Assembly (NCBI RefSeq): GCF_036321535.1
Contig: NC_087436.1
Coordinates: 27,654,001-27,718,000 of the forward strand
Source: Camelus dromedarius
Lineage: Eukaryota
Direction of reading: 5' to 3'
Length of the DNA: 64,000 nucleotides
A program made the position numbers and the translations under genes. A model generated the notes under the pieces. The model worked only from the letters and a program-made list of their open reading frames with translations, was not told where the DNA came from and did no database searches. Shown in pieces: positions 1 through 11,928 of this stretch. Numbering within the stretch: position 1 is the first letter of the stretch; each line of letters begins with the position of its first letter.

Positions 1-39
1 TTATATTTTTAAAATATTGCCTTGTCTGCTGTATTGTCT

Positions 40-640
40 ATAGACTGATCACTGGCAAGGCAGGTTTAGAAACAGGAAGTGCAGTTAGACAGTTCTTTTG
101 AAATTCTATGCAAGATATGATGGCAACTAGAATGTGAACTAGGTGGGTTCTGGCTGTGTGTTCAGGGTTTGATGTACATTAGATGTAGAGACGTGCAATA
201 ACACTGAAGACAAAAACAACTTCAAGATTTGGGCAGAACAACTAAAAAATAGAAGGTTGGTTGAGTTCAGATTTGAAAGAAGAGAAGAAATTAGCTGCTT
301 GGTTTTGGGCATGTTAAGTGTGGGATGCCTGTTATATATTTTGCAAGTGGAGTGTCAAGACTGCATTTGGGATTCAGTCTGAAGTTCAAAAGAGAGGTAC
401 AAGCTGAGGATGTAATTTACTTTTCATCAAGGCATTGATGCTGTTTAAAGCATGTGACCAAATGAGATCATCTGGACAGTTAGTGGAACCACAAAAGAAA
501 AGAGATCCAAGGACACCTTTGGGATCAGGGGATGAAAATGACTGGCCATATAACTGTAACTGCAACAAATATAGAGACTGAGAAAAATTACTAGAGAGAC
601 TGTAGGAGAATCAGAATGAACCAGGGTAACTGAGCCACAT
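40..640 (-). mobile_element. LINE-2 (L2) fragment
   Basis: Antisense L2-like motifs: 'ttttgggcatgttaagtgtgggatgcctgtt...caagtggagtgtcaag...agtctgaagttcaaaagagaggtacaagctgagga...tttaaagcatg...atgagatca'. Heavily diverged, boundaries approximate. Confidence 0.7.
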
Positions 641-1879
641 TTTACTTTAATGGAAAGATTAAATCCATTAATCTGAGTAATCATTTCTTTCGACATAAAG
701 TAGCTCAACTTAAAATACAGTCTGAGAAAACACTGCAAAAACCAATGTTTCCATGAAAATGAGACTTTTTTTGGTCTTTATTAGAATACACATAGTTCCA
801 TTTCAAATATTTTTGAGGAAAATTCTCTAAAGATTTTCTCAAGTTAAGTAATGGTAAGTGCTAAACTTACTCAAAAAGAAAAACAAAACAGTAACTGGGG
901 ACACTTAGCAACTCACAGGGTATGCAGGAAGGCTTAAAAATTGACATACTTAAAAACAGGAGAAATATTTAATTAGTTTTTCTTGAATCACACGCCTAAC
1001 CCTAACCTAGGGTGAAGGGGCATGTCATCATGATTAATAGTCACAATAGACTCTTGCAAAGGAAAATCAGGTCGCCATGACCAAAAAGAAAAAAACTACC
1101 AATTGGGCATTGAGATTATTCTTAATTATATCCTTGATAATTTCCTCCCTTGAATTGTGCTTATCCTCTAGTTCTAGCACAGTTATAAATTGAAAATCAT
1201 CACCTTCTAAACTAGAATCCAATTTTTCTCAAATAGTTTCCATCTCACTCATTTTTGGGCTCTACAATAAAAAATTAATCAATTTTACCTTCTTATAAAA
1301 TCCTAAGTCTATAGCCAATTTCAATTCCTAATATAATATTTTAAATTTCCAATAAAAATGTTAAGTTTTCTGATTATTTCATTTTCATAGCAAGCGTGTT
1401 CTGTGCTAAGAACTGAAATCTCCGCTGCAAACTCTCTGAGCGTAACCACGGGATGTTTCCACATTGTCAGATTTTTTTTTCCTCATCTGTTTTTCTCTTT
1501 AATGCTATTATCTCTTTCATGCTGTTATCCTTAAACATCTCCTGATGCTTAGTAGTTTGATCACAATTTTAAAATATAGGACTAGTTGGAAGCATCAGTT
1601 GAATGTTTCTTCTAAATTTGTATAGTTTGCATCAGACCTTTGTCTTGAATGTAGAGATCTGAGTATATTTACACATTAATTTCCATTCATATGCAGGTGT
1701 GATGAGCAGGGAAAAAGGACTCAAGTAGTCCAACCATTTATAAATATCTGGTTTCAAACTACAGTATCTCTGGTATTTATCTATCAATCATTTTTCACTC
1801 ACATTTATATAAACATTAAGCTAAACATTAAATGCATACAAACTATTTATAAAATGTCTATATATTGTTTTTACTGTAT

Positions 1880-3660
1880 AAAAAACATGCACACCTATGT
1901 ACTGAAAATATAACCTTACAAAAGGAACATTTCCAATGATGTAAGCATCTTTCAGGTGCCACTTGTGAATATAACTGCTTTCCCCTCTTCAGAGGTAAGC
2001 TTTGCTTTAAATTTTGTGTTTACCATATATGCCTTTTTAAAAGACATATAACATATATTTATGAAATCCTAAGCAATATTTTGTCTTTATTTCTGAACTT
2101 CAAATATAATAATATTGATTATTATACAATAGAATATTTATAATCTTATATACGATGTATCCAATATGATGCAATATTTATTCTGACATCACTTGCTTGC
2201 TTTTTTTGTTTTCTCAGTGCATATTTGTGAGATTCACTTTTGTATCTTTAGTTTAGTGCTCAGCAAACTATGGCCAATGGAAAAATCTGGAACCCACTTT
2301 TTTTTTTAGCCCATTAGCTAAAAAACCTTTTTGTTTTTTAATATATTTTAAAGTTTTGGGGAAAAAAAGTGTATACAACAGAGAACATATGTAGTTCTCA
2401 AAGCCTAAAATATTTCCCATTTGGCCTTTTACAGAAAAAGTTTGCTCACACCTGCTCTGGTTCATTCATTTTTCAGAGTTGTGTAATAACCATTTTATCA
2501 AACTACATAAATTATTTATTCTATGATTTTGGTGGACATTTAATTATTTACAGGAGTTTTAAAAATGTTGCTTGTGTTGTTTTACTATTGTGACATCTTA
2601 AATATTTCTTAATATACATGTAAATAATATTTTAAAATATTGAGTATTTATTTAACATGTATTTTCATTTTTATTAGATTCCAATGTGACTGAACAAATT
2701 ATACTCTACTAGCAATGCATAAATGTTTACACTCCTGCATATCCCCGCCAGCACTTGGAATTGAGATGCTCTAAATACATACTTCATTGTGGTTTTTATT
2801 TGTACTTTACAGATTAATAATGAGATGAAATGTCTTTTCATATATATAGGCCTGCCCTGCTCACATGTCGCTAAAGCACCTATTTCTCTTGCCCATGACT
2901 TTATTAGGTGGTTTGTCTCTCTTGATTTATTGTTCTTCATACAAATTGAATATTAGTCCTTTGTGAATTATTTTTCTTTCAAATATCCTCTTTATTTTAT
3001 GACTTGTCTTTATGAGTTTATTATATTTTATTGATAAACATATTTTTAATTTGAATGTGTAGAATTCACCAATCTTTTTTAATGGTTTTACATTTTTTGC
3101 ATTTTAATTAAAAAACATTTTCCAACCTAAGTTAAGAGATATTTACCTATTTCGATTTTCTCATTTAAATTTTAATTGAGTTTTGCATCTGGTATGAGGT
3201 AGGAATCCAATTTAATGTGATTCTTTATGGATAACCAGTTCCCACAGGCTATCAGTAGTCACTGATTTTCCAACTTAGATGCAATACTAGTTCTGTCTCA
3301 GAAATTTTCCATATGGTCATGTTTCTTTATTTTTATGTTCTATTAGTATATTTTTATGTTCATATACCAATGTCCCTTTGTAGTAATGTCTATAATTTTA
3401 TTTTCAGCTTTCGATATCCTAAAATACATATCATCATTTGTTTATCTTTTCAAGTATGTTGACTTTGCATCTATTTTGTTCTTCCATATAAATTTTAGAA
3501 TCAGCTTGTCAAATTTTTCAGAACTTTTAAGATCTATATTAAAATTCAATCAAATCTATTTATCAAATTATATATACAGTGCTTACTTCATTATAGTATT
3601 TATTTTTCCTATCTGTAACATATCTCTCAATTTTATGTACTTTTATATATGTTACATCTT
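1880..3660 (-). mobile_element. Old L1 (L1M-type) 3' region, interrupted by MER58
   Basis: T-rich antisense L1 signatures: 'ttcattgtggtttttatttgtac...aatgagatgaaatgtcttttcatat', 'ggtatgaggtaggaatccaattt', 'ttccatataaattttagaatcagcttgtcaaattt'. Confidence 0.7.
2254..2454 (+). mobile_element. MER58-type non-autonomous hAT-Charlie DNA transposon
   Basis: 5' 'cagcaaactatggcc' and 3' 'aaagcctaaaatatttcccatttggccttttacagaaaaagtttgctcacacctg' match MER58 ends. Flanks ctttagtt (2246-2253) and ctctggtt (2455-2462) form a 6/8 degenerate 8-bp TSD. Confidence 0.85.
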
Positions 3661-3664
3661 TCTC

Positions 3665-4310
3665 TTTATCACCAAGCATCCAAGATACAGCATGTCCACA
3701 TCCACATTGGCTCTCTGTCTTTCAAATAATCTCTTCCTCAGTTGAGATGGTCAGGGAATCATGCTGATACAATTTCAAAATTTATCTAAAATCTGACCAC
3801 TTCTCTGCTGCTACCAAAATTTATATCTAAACTGGATTGTAGCCCAGACTGTTAAATGACCTCTCTGCTTTCATTTTTGCCTGTGTATGTTAAAATATAA
3901 TTTAGAGTGTGCCACTTCGTTGTTTTAAATTCTGTAATGGCTTTCCTCCTCATCTGGAGTAAAACTTGAAGCTGCTAAAATGGCCTACAATTTCCTCTAC
4001 ATTCTGTTATCATTCTGATCTTTTATTGATTATTTGCCACCATGCTCCTTCTAGCATTCTGACCTCCTTGGATAGTTTTGCCTCAGGACCTTTGCACATA
4101 CAAGTCTTGCTGCCTTGAATGTTCTCACCCTTACAATCTCCAGTCCTTATTGATATTTCACCTTATCCATGAGGTGATCTCATTTAATTTACAAAACTCT
4201 CACAAATGCTATTTTTTACTGCTGATCTATCTTTCTCCACAGAACTTACTGGTATTTATATATAATGTTTGATTGACTTATTTTTGAGTGAATGAATAAA
4301 TGAATGAACT
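3665..4310 (+). mobile_element. L2 3' end
   Basis: 'aatctgaccacttctc', 'cctcaggacctttgcacat' and the diagnostic tail 'tgagtgaatgaataaatgaatgaa' at about 4285-4308. Confidence 0.8.
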
Positions 4311-5249
4311 CAAACACTCACAAATAATACAGAAATAAATGGCTATTTTAAATATTTCTAAATCCTATCAATAAGTGATTATCATGACAAAGAGCTTAAG
4401 TATGGCATTACCATTTTCATCAAGATTTTTATATGCAGTCAATAAATAATATAATTAAATGAACAGCAAAGCTTCTGTACAATCTACACAGTAAATTCTG
4501 CCCAAGAAGATGTGATGTGGTCACAATGTGCATCCTTCTATATTTTATTTTAACCCATGCTTTCACTTAATCTACTAAAGTAGCTGTGTATTTCTGGCCA
4601 TAAAAATTTGTTCCTATGCTTCTATACAGCTTACTTTTTTAAAATTTCTTCTTTCAGACTCATCTGTCTCTTTTGAAATATTCTACTTCATCTGTTTACC
4701 TCATAGCAAAAAACAGTGAGTTCCACTGATATCTTTACTATTAATCCAAATCCTAATCTCTCTTTTTTATCTTTCTAAATTTAATATTTGCCCCTAATAG
4801 TTATCCTGATACATTCATTTTTTCCCACAAAATATTTTAAAGACATTGAAAGTTGCATTAAACATAAAACCATCTCAGGTTACCCCGTAAGGTAATAAAC
4901 AGCAAAACCCAAGAGGTATGATTCTACACATAAAATGGTAGAATCACTAACTTTTGCACAGTGGACAAGGCTTTCCGTCTCTATCATCCTGGAAGTTTTT
5001 GTTCTGAAAAAAAGGGAGCAAAGGCAGTATATGGGCACAGTGTGTTTTCCAAAATGCACGGTTGTCAATATTCCTTTTTCAGAAAGTTCATACGAAGAGA
5101 AGGTACATCTTTAAGAGCTGACATTTCAAAAGCCTGTCTAAAGTTAGACAGTAGTTAAAACGATAGCTAGCTCTATATTTTGAAATATTGGTCTGTAAGT
5201 AAAACTAAAAACTTTGTTTGCATAAAAGTTTTTATTATAAGAATGACTA

Positions 5250-5480
5250 TAATAAGCAGCTAACATTTATAGGACACTTGCTTTGTGCCAGCAAAGTCCA
5301 AAGCATCTTAAATATATTAGTTTTTAATCACACACTTTTTAAACCAAACTAATAATGTCCTTATTTTTTCCCCACAAATGAAGAAAGAAACTGAACCTTA
5401 AAGAGATTAAATGGATTACTGAGGGTTGCCCAACTAGTAAATGGAAGAGCTAGAAATTGAAGCAAAGTTTTTTTCTGCTG
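5250..5480 (-). mobile_element. MIR SINE
   Basis: 'gctaacatttataggacacttgctttgtgccag...aaatgaagaaagaaactgaaccttaaagagattaaat...caactagtaaatggaagagctagaaattgaa' resembles the antisense MIR core. Confidence 0.75.
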
Positions 5481-5570
5481 TTCATAAAATCAATACATAG
5501 GGTCTCTGATATAAAGACTCAGCTATTAAGAAAAGAAAAATATGAGGAATGAGACACCATAAGACCAATT

Positions 5571-5815
5571 TTTGCAGATACTAATATATATATAAAATAG
5601 ATAAACAACAAGTTCATACTTGTATAGCACAGAGAACTATATTCAATATCTTGTAGTAACTTATGGTGAAAAAGAATATGAAAATTAATATATGTATGTC
5701 CATGTATGACTGAAGCATTGTGCTGTACACCAGAAATTGACACAACATTGTAAACTGACTACACTTAAATTTAAAAATATATATATACACACACAGATAT
5801 ATACACAAAAAAACC
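5571..5815 (+). mobile_element. Young lineage-specific L1, 5'-truncated 3' UTR with tail
   Basis: Nearly the same sequence as 15086-15290 and as the reverse complement of 38598-38795 ('catgtatgactgaagcattgtgctgtacaccagaaattgacacaacattgtaaactgact'). Ends in an A/TA/CA-rich tail. Confidence 0.9.
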
Positions 5816-6378
5816 CCAAAGATAACATAATAATGTACAAGAAAATAAATAAAAGTCTGGAAAAACCAGGATTGTAACATTTCTCTTATTCCTACCATAC
5901 TTATGGTTTAACCAATTCCTCAGTGAAAGGGACTGAATTTAATATTAAGACTACAGAGTACATTACTGAAAGACACACATTTGGAAAACTATAGTTAGTA
6001 ATGTGGGCTTAGTCACAATTTGCTTTTACAAACACCTGAGTCAAAGCAACTTTCTCTAGTATTTTACTTATAAACTAAGCTTATACTTGTAGTCAAGAGT
6101 GCACAGGTTAGAAGAGAAGCAGCTTTCTGAGCATTGTTCTGGAGAGCCGATCTTAATTCTGCTGTGTCATATTAAATTATTTAGATCGAACAAAAAGAGA
6201 ACACTGGGCTAATCAAAAATTACCAATTTACACTGGCTTAAAGGGTTATAAGTTGGAACATAAATGTATAGAACTATTAGAGATTAATATAAAATGTTGA
6301 ATATTTTATGAATATAAAAGCAATTTTGCTAATATAGATAATTTTCCTAAGGTAAGTGATTTTTCTATTGGTCTAGTT

Positions 6379-6567
6379 TAGTACTAACAGCTGAGGGTGA
6401 TTTTACCCCCAGGACAGAGAAAGGGTAGGAAAGTGGGTACATGCTACTCACATCTAGTAAACAGAGGCCACACATCCTACCAGGTACAACATACAGACAG
6501 CACAGCCTCCCACAACACAGAATAATTTGGCCCCAAATTTCAGTAGTTCTGAGGTTAAGAAATCCTG
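6379..6567 (+). mobile_element. MER20 (hAT-Charlie MITE) with internal deletion
   Basis: 'gggtgattttacccccagga...tgctactcacatctagtaaacagaggcca...cccacaacacagaataatttggccccaaatttcagtagttctgaggttaagaaatcctg'. Perfect 8-bp TSD GTCTAGTT at 6371-6378 and 6568-6575. Confidence 0.9.
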
Positions 6568-9500
6568 GTCTAGTTTTAAAAACAATATTTTTCTTGAAAT
6601 ATGATTCATCTAGGCTAAAAGAATCATATGTATAAATATATATAAAATACATCAGATATGAAATTTTGTAATTATATTGTCTCTTACTGAGAACACTTCC
6701 ATTTCAAGAACCAGAACAGAATCATGAAAGGCTTAGAAGCCTAACACGCTAGGCTTAAATAGTAGAAGGTATTTATAGTCAAGATAAAATTGTTTTATGA
6801 TATAGACAATAAAATGATTTAGAACTGAATAATACATGCTTTTAAAAATTAACTTTAAAAAAAATTGACATAGAGACAAAAACAGTCTAGTAAGAGTAGG
6901 ATTTGCCACAAAGCATTAGCAACAGAATTTTGATGTATTAATTCCTACACAAAAGTTTTCAACTTCTATGCTCTTAGCAAATTTATATCATAATGAATCT
7001 AACCCTTTACATATGCTTCTAGTGCACTACATAGTTTTGTCTCATCAACTTTTCAGCTATTTTAAAGCCTGAGCAGACAATTTCCATCCTTTGCTGCCAG
7101 CAACAGAAAGTACTGTATCAGAAAATTAGATTTAGTGTACTAAAAGCATATGGTCATTAAAGTTTTATTAAAAAATACTAGGTACAAACACATACTGTTT
7201 GTTTTATTGCTGCCTCTTGTACTATGATGTCCCCTAATTCAGGGACTAAAGACACTTCAGATATCATTGCAGCAAGCAACTAAAAACTGACTTTTGCCTT
7301 GTTATCAACATTCACCCACAGAGATAGTAATACACTTACAATTAGCAATTATTTTGAAAAATGTGCAATGAATGACTCATCTATCTTATCTTGAGGAGTC
7401 CAGAGTTCAGTGGGTCACACCATACTGAAGAATTGAAGACTGAGCATGTAGGGTCAGGGTCTTTGAATCCTGCTCACCTAGGGATGATTTGCTTTCTACC
7501 TGTTGAGATATTTGAGTTAATATTTAAAGATAGAGTGTGGCAACTATAAAAGATGGAACACTATTATTACTGAACATTTTATCAATGCAGGGAATGGACC
7601 CAAATGATTAAGAATTTTAGCCCTGGCATTCCTTCTCTTTTGCAATTCATTTGATTCTGTCATTAACACAAGTGACTTCATTATTGAAAAATCTTTTAAA
7701 ACTGAATGCAAGGAAGCATTTGTTAATTTATTCATTTCCCATATTTTGGAAGGCCATATTTTGAATACAAAGACATAAATGGTCTTGTATTTGCATATAT
7801 CTTATTTAAATTTGACATGAAAGATAAGACAGGAATACAATAAATTTAATGAAAGGAAAGAATAAAGAATGCCATGAAAGAAATGGAAAAAAATATACTC
7901 CAGGAGGACATAATATGAGCCTGGAGAATATCAGCATTATTTAGCTAGAGAAAGGTAATACCTGAATGAAACTTTGAATAATGATTAATTTTTCATAATA
8001 ATGGGAGAAAGATATGGCTCTTTACAAAATTCAGAAATACAAAGGATTTAACGTATAGTGTGTAGATAAATTCTGTTGAAAATGACTGATACTTTGAAAG
8101 TTTGGTAATACAAATTTAAGGACTTGACAGTCATGTTTGTTGAAAATGAGTAATGAAATTATAAATATATTAGAACACCTACAGTTAGAATAATTGAAAT
8201 TCAGTATTTCATAGGGCACACTCACTCTAATGATCACCTAGGACAACATTCTTATGAAACTTGAGATCTAGGACTTGTAGATGACTGAAAACGTGATGAT
8301 TCCTATGTTAGAAATTTCAGAAAGATAGATGAGATACTTAACAGTGAGGACACCATTCATTAGGGAGCACTAATCTTGTGCTATTAAAGTTTTCATGGAC
8401 AAAGAGGGCAGACAAAACCAGGAGAGCTATTGCTACATTTAACATTAAAGAGTATGTTCTAAAGAAAACACACATTTTTTTCAAGTATTACTTTTCTTAA
8501 TATGAGACTCTGTAATTTTAGTTATACGTTGGAAAATGAGGAATCAATATGCAGCATCCTTTTATTTAATTCGACAGTTGATGTTTGTTTTGCTCTTCCC
8601 AGAACCTATTACTTTCTTCTGTTTGTCCAGACTCTGTACCTGGAGCTGGAGGCACAGTGAAAGTTGGAAAACCCTCACTCCCCCATCAATTAAAACATGA
8701 AAAAAAAAAAATCAAAGCTGAGAAATTACAATCTTTCTTTTGAACCTTTAAAAATTGTTTTTGGAAAAAAAATTTGTCCCTCTATTTTTGTTTGCTAGGC
8801 AGGCAGATGAGTGATGATGTCAGTACAGTGAGAAGAAAATTGGAGAAGGTGAATGAAGCTGCCCACACGGTCAAAAGGAAAGACTAGAAATGAAGAGAGG
8901 CTCATGAGCCATACCAGTTTCCAGAAATCTGCCCTTCTTGATGCTTTGATTTTCATTGTTCTTTTGAGGCGATGAAACACTCAGCACACAGTTTATAAAT
9001 CCCCATTTTTGCACTAAGCTTTACAAGTACTGATTTTCATCTCATCCTGATTCTCTCCATTAACTCAAATATGACATTTTTGACTTATCGTAGCTACGTG
9101 AGTCTCCCTTTCAGCCACAGGAAAATTATGTATGTAGAAAAATATGAAGCCAGCAAGGGTAAATCTCAATGTAAGGGAAAAAAGTTTATCATTTTTGTTA
9201 TTTTTATTTTGCATGTGTGTGCTTGTGTTTTGTGAGGTTTTGCAAATAAACAGATTACAAAATCACAGAATCAAATAATATTTAAACCAAAGGCAACATA
9301 TGGGAGCATTTACTCTAAGTTCATAATTTTAAGTGAATGATAAAATACTTGAACAAGATTTTCTAGGCTACATCTGATTGAGTAACAGAGAAAAGGGGCA
9401 GAAAAAAGTATCGTTCAAAATACAGTAACCTCTGAAAAGGTGAATTAATTCATAAATTAATATCTTTTGGATTAAGGAGAAACGAGGTACAAATGGTATT

Positions 9501-9764
9501 TTATAGATGTAAAACATATTAAAAATTATATTCACAGCTCTAATGTTTTTACTTGACAAGTAAGTAAAATTGATTTCTTAGCATCACAAGTATCAAAATT
9601 TACCTTCTATTTTCTTTTACTTGATGTTTTTTATAAATATGATTCAGTGTCTCACTCCTCAGTCTTTAAACTTTAAAGAAGGTAGATTTTAATAAGTCAC
9701 ACTGTGAATTTTTAATAAGAACATTTATATACATATCTCATGTTTGATAAATTAAGACCTAATC

Positions 9765-10548
9765 AACAAACTAAAGTTTACTGGGAAAGGCAAAAAACCT
9801 AATGTAGCCAGCACAACAAGAAAGAACAAAGTTAGGGGACTCACTCTATCCAATTTCAAAATTTACTATAAAGTTACAGTAATCACAACACCAAGGCATT
9901 ATTAAAAAAAAAAAAGAATAGATACATAGATCAATGGAACATAGTAGACAGCCCAGAAGTAGATCCACACATATACAGCAAAAAATATAGTCAAAAATAT
10001 TTTTTCAAAGAAGCAAAGGTAATTTAATGGAGAAAGATTAGTCTCTTCAACAAATGGTGCTGGAAAAATTGTATGTCCACTTGCAAAAAAGAAATGAACC
10101 TAAAGACAGAACTTATAATTTTGACAAAATTAACTCTAAATGGTTCAGAGATCTAAATATAAAGACAAAACTACGAAATAAATAGAAGAAAACATAAGAC
10201 AGATGCTTTGTGTCTTTGGGATTGGTGCTGACTTGTCAGATACATCAGAAGAAAGACCCATGAAAGAAAAACTTGATATGTTGGACTTTATTAAAATTAA
10301 AAGTGTCTGCTCTGTGAAGAAGAATTAAAAGACAAGATGCAGACTGCCAAAAAAAATTGTATTTTGTAAAACATATATTTGATAAAGGACTTGCATTCAA
10401 AATATACAAGAATTCTTAAAATTCAATATAAGTAAATAAACAACCCACTTAAAAAATAGGCAAAAAATATGAACAAACACCTCACCCAAGAAGATATACA
10501 CATGGCAAGAAAGCATCAGAAAAGATGCTCAACATCATTTATCATTAG
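9765..10548 (+). mobile_element. Old L1 ORF2 3' portion (degenerate)
   Basis: A-rich L1 ORF2 signatures 'catagatcaatggaac...agcccagaagtagatccacacatatac', 'tcttcaacaaatggtgctggaaaaattg', 'aaaagatgctcaacatcatttatcattag'. No open frame. Confidence 0.9.
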
Positions 10549-10549
10549 C

Positions 10550-11125
10550 AAAGCAGGTGGGACCTTCTAGGGCACATTGGATTGCATTCCAAGTTTTATT
10601 TCATTCCAAGTGATTGGAGATTATTGAGCAGAGAAATAATGTGGTGTGATGTATATTTTATGATTGTTCTAGTTTCTGTATGGAGGTTAGATTTATGGAG
10701 GTCAAAAGGGAAAACAGAGAGGCTTTTTAGGAGGCTTGTGAAATATTCAAAGGAGGGATGATGATGCTTAGGTGAGAGTAGTAACAGTGGACCTGACTAA
10801 ATGTGCACAAATTTAGAATATATATAAACATATATATTTGTAAGATGGATGCTGCTGGTAAGAATAAAAGACAAAATAGAAAGGAGAGATGACACCAGAT
10901 GGCAAATGGTGGTGATATTTCCTGAAGCAGAGTCCATGTGGGAGGCAGAAGAATCGGGGTGGATAGTTGCTTTAGCTAAATTTGAGATGCCTACCAAACA
11001 TCCAAGGAGATGTCAAACAGATAGTTGAATAAGCAAGTCTGGCACCTGGAGGAGAGTTTGAGGCTGAAGTTATACATTTGGCATCCAGATGGAATGTTAA
11101 GCCACAGGACTGGAATATAGATAAG
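10550..11125 (-). mobile_element. L2 fragment
   Basis: 'aaatttgagatgcctaccaaacatccaaggagatgtcaaacagatagttgaataagcaagtctgg...ggctgaagttatacatttgg...ttaagccacaggactgga'. Confidence 0.75.
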
Positions 11126-11436
11126 AGTTTATATCAGGACCTATCTCTATCCATAGACTTCCTAGGATGCTATTAAAATACTGTGCTGTCTTTGGATTCT
11201 TAATTTTACTTAATTTCAAAGATGAATGGTCAAGAGTAAATAGGTTTTTATGGTCTTTTATTTTTTTTTGCATTTATTAAGTTGGCAATCTTTCTTCCCC
11301 TCTGAACATAAAAAGCTGGGCTATTTCTATCACAGCATTGCTTATTTGTGTAACGTGCCACTTCTGCATTATAGAACATCTAATTCAAGCTTTTTACTTG
11401 TAATTTCTTAAAAAAATTTTTTATTGAGTTATAGTT

Positions 11437-11850
11437 GCTGGGAGACTGCTGTTCAGTGTGAGGCCCAAGGGAGAAGCCTCTTTAACTTGGAGTTCAATAA
11501 TGTACGGCAGAAGTTGCAACTCAAGGAATTAGGAAGCTGTTTCTGTTAGACATATTATGAATTCTTGATAAGGAGAAAAGTAAAAAGGGGAAACTGCTTG
11601 CTGGATTGGGCCTCAACTGGCAGAATCAACGTTTGATCTCTCAAGAAGCTAACGAAGGGACAGGGCTGCTGAAAATGCAAGGACTCTGTAAAAACTTTGC
11701 CAGCATCACCAGGAGTAGGAAGAAGGCCTCATCTCACTTTCTGTATCGAAAGCTTCCAAAAGTGTATCAATTGGGGAAGCCTAGTCACATCCAAAACCCA
11801 GCTGCAAGTGAGCCTGAGAAAAAAATGTTTTTCCATTTTTCCCCCTTGTT
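11437..11850. mobile_element. Probable old LTR fragment (MaLR/ERVL-like, family unresolved)
   Basis: GC-richer block ending 'cccagctgcaagtgagcctgagaaaaaaatgtttttcc', similar to the 'ctagctgcaagggagtctgggaaatgtagtttt' motif of old LTRs. Confidence 0.4.
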
Positions 11851-11851
11851 T

Positions 11852-11854
<3 letters not shown>

Positions 11855-11909
<55 letters not shown>

Positions 11910-11928
11910 AATATATATATATATATAT
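11855..11928. repeat. (AT)n microsatellite, about 24 units plus about 9 units after a CATGTAA interruption
   Basis: Directly visible. It produces the YIYIYI runs in ORFs 11606-12002. Confidence 0.98.

Noticed and set aside
994..1010. Telomere-like CCTAACCCTAACCTA
   Set aside because: Only about two imperfect units, expected by chance.
3356..3745. 129-aa hydrophobic ORF resembling a membrane protein
   Set aside because: It lies in T-rich antisense L1/L2 sequence, so the hydrophobicity is compositional.
5551..5830. Putative TSD GAGACACCATAA / AAGATAACATAA around the 5571 L1
   Set aside because: Several mismatches and an unexplained spacer, so it is not distinguishable from chance.
8805..9050. 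C/D-box snoRNA candidate (GTGATGA ... CTGA)
   Set aside because: No terminal stem, appropriate box spacing or rRNA guide that I could identify.
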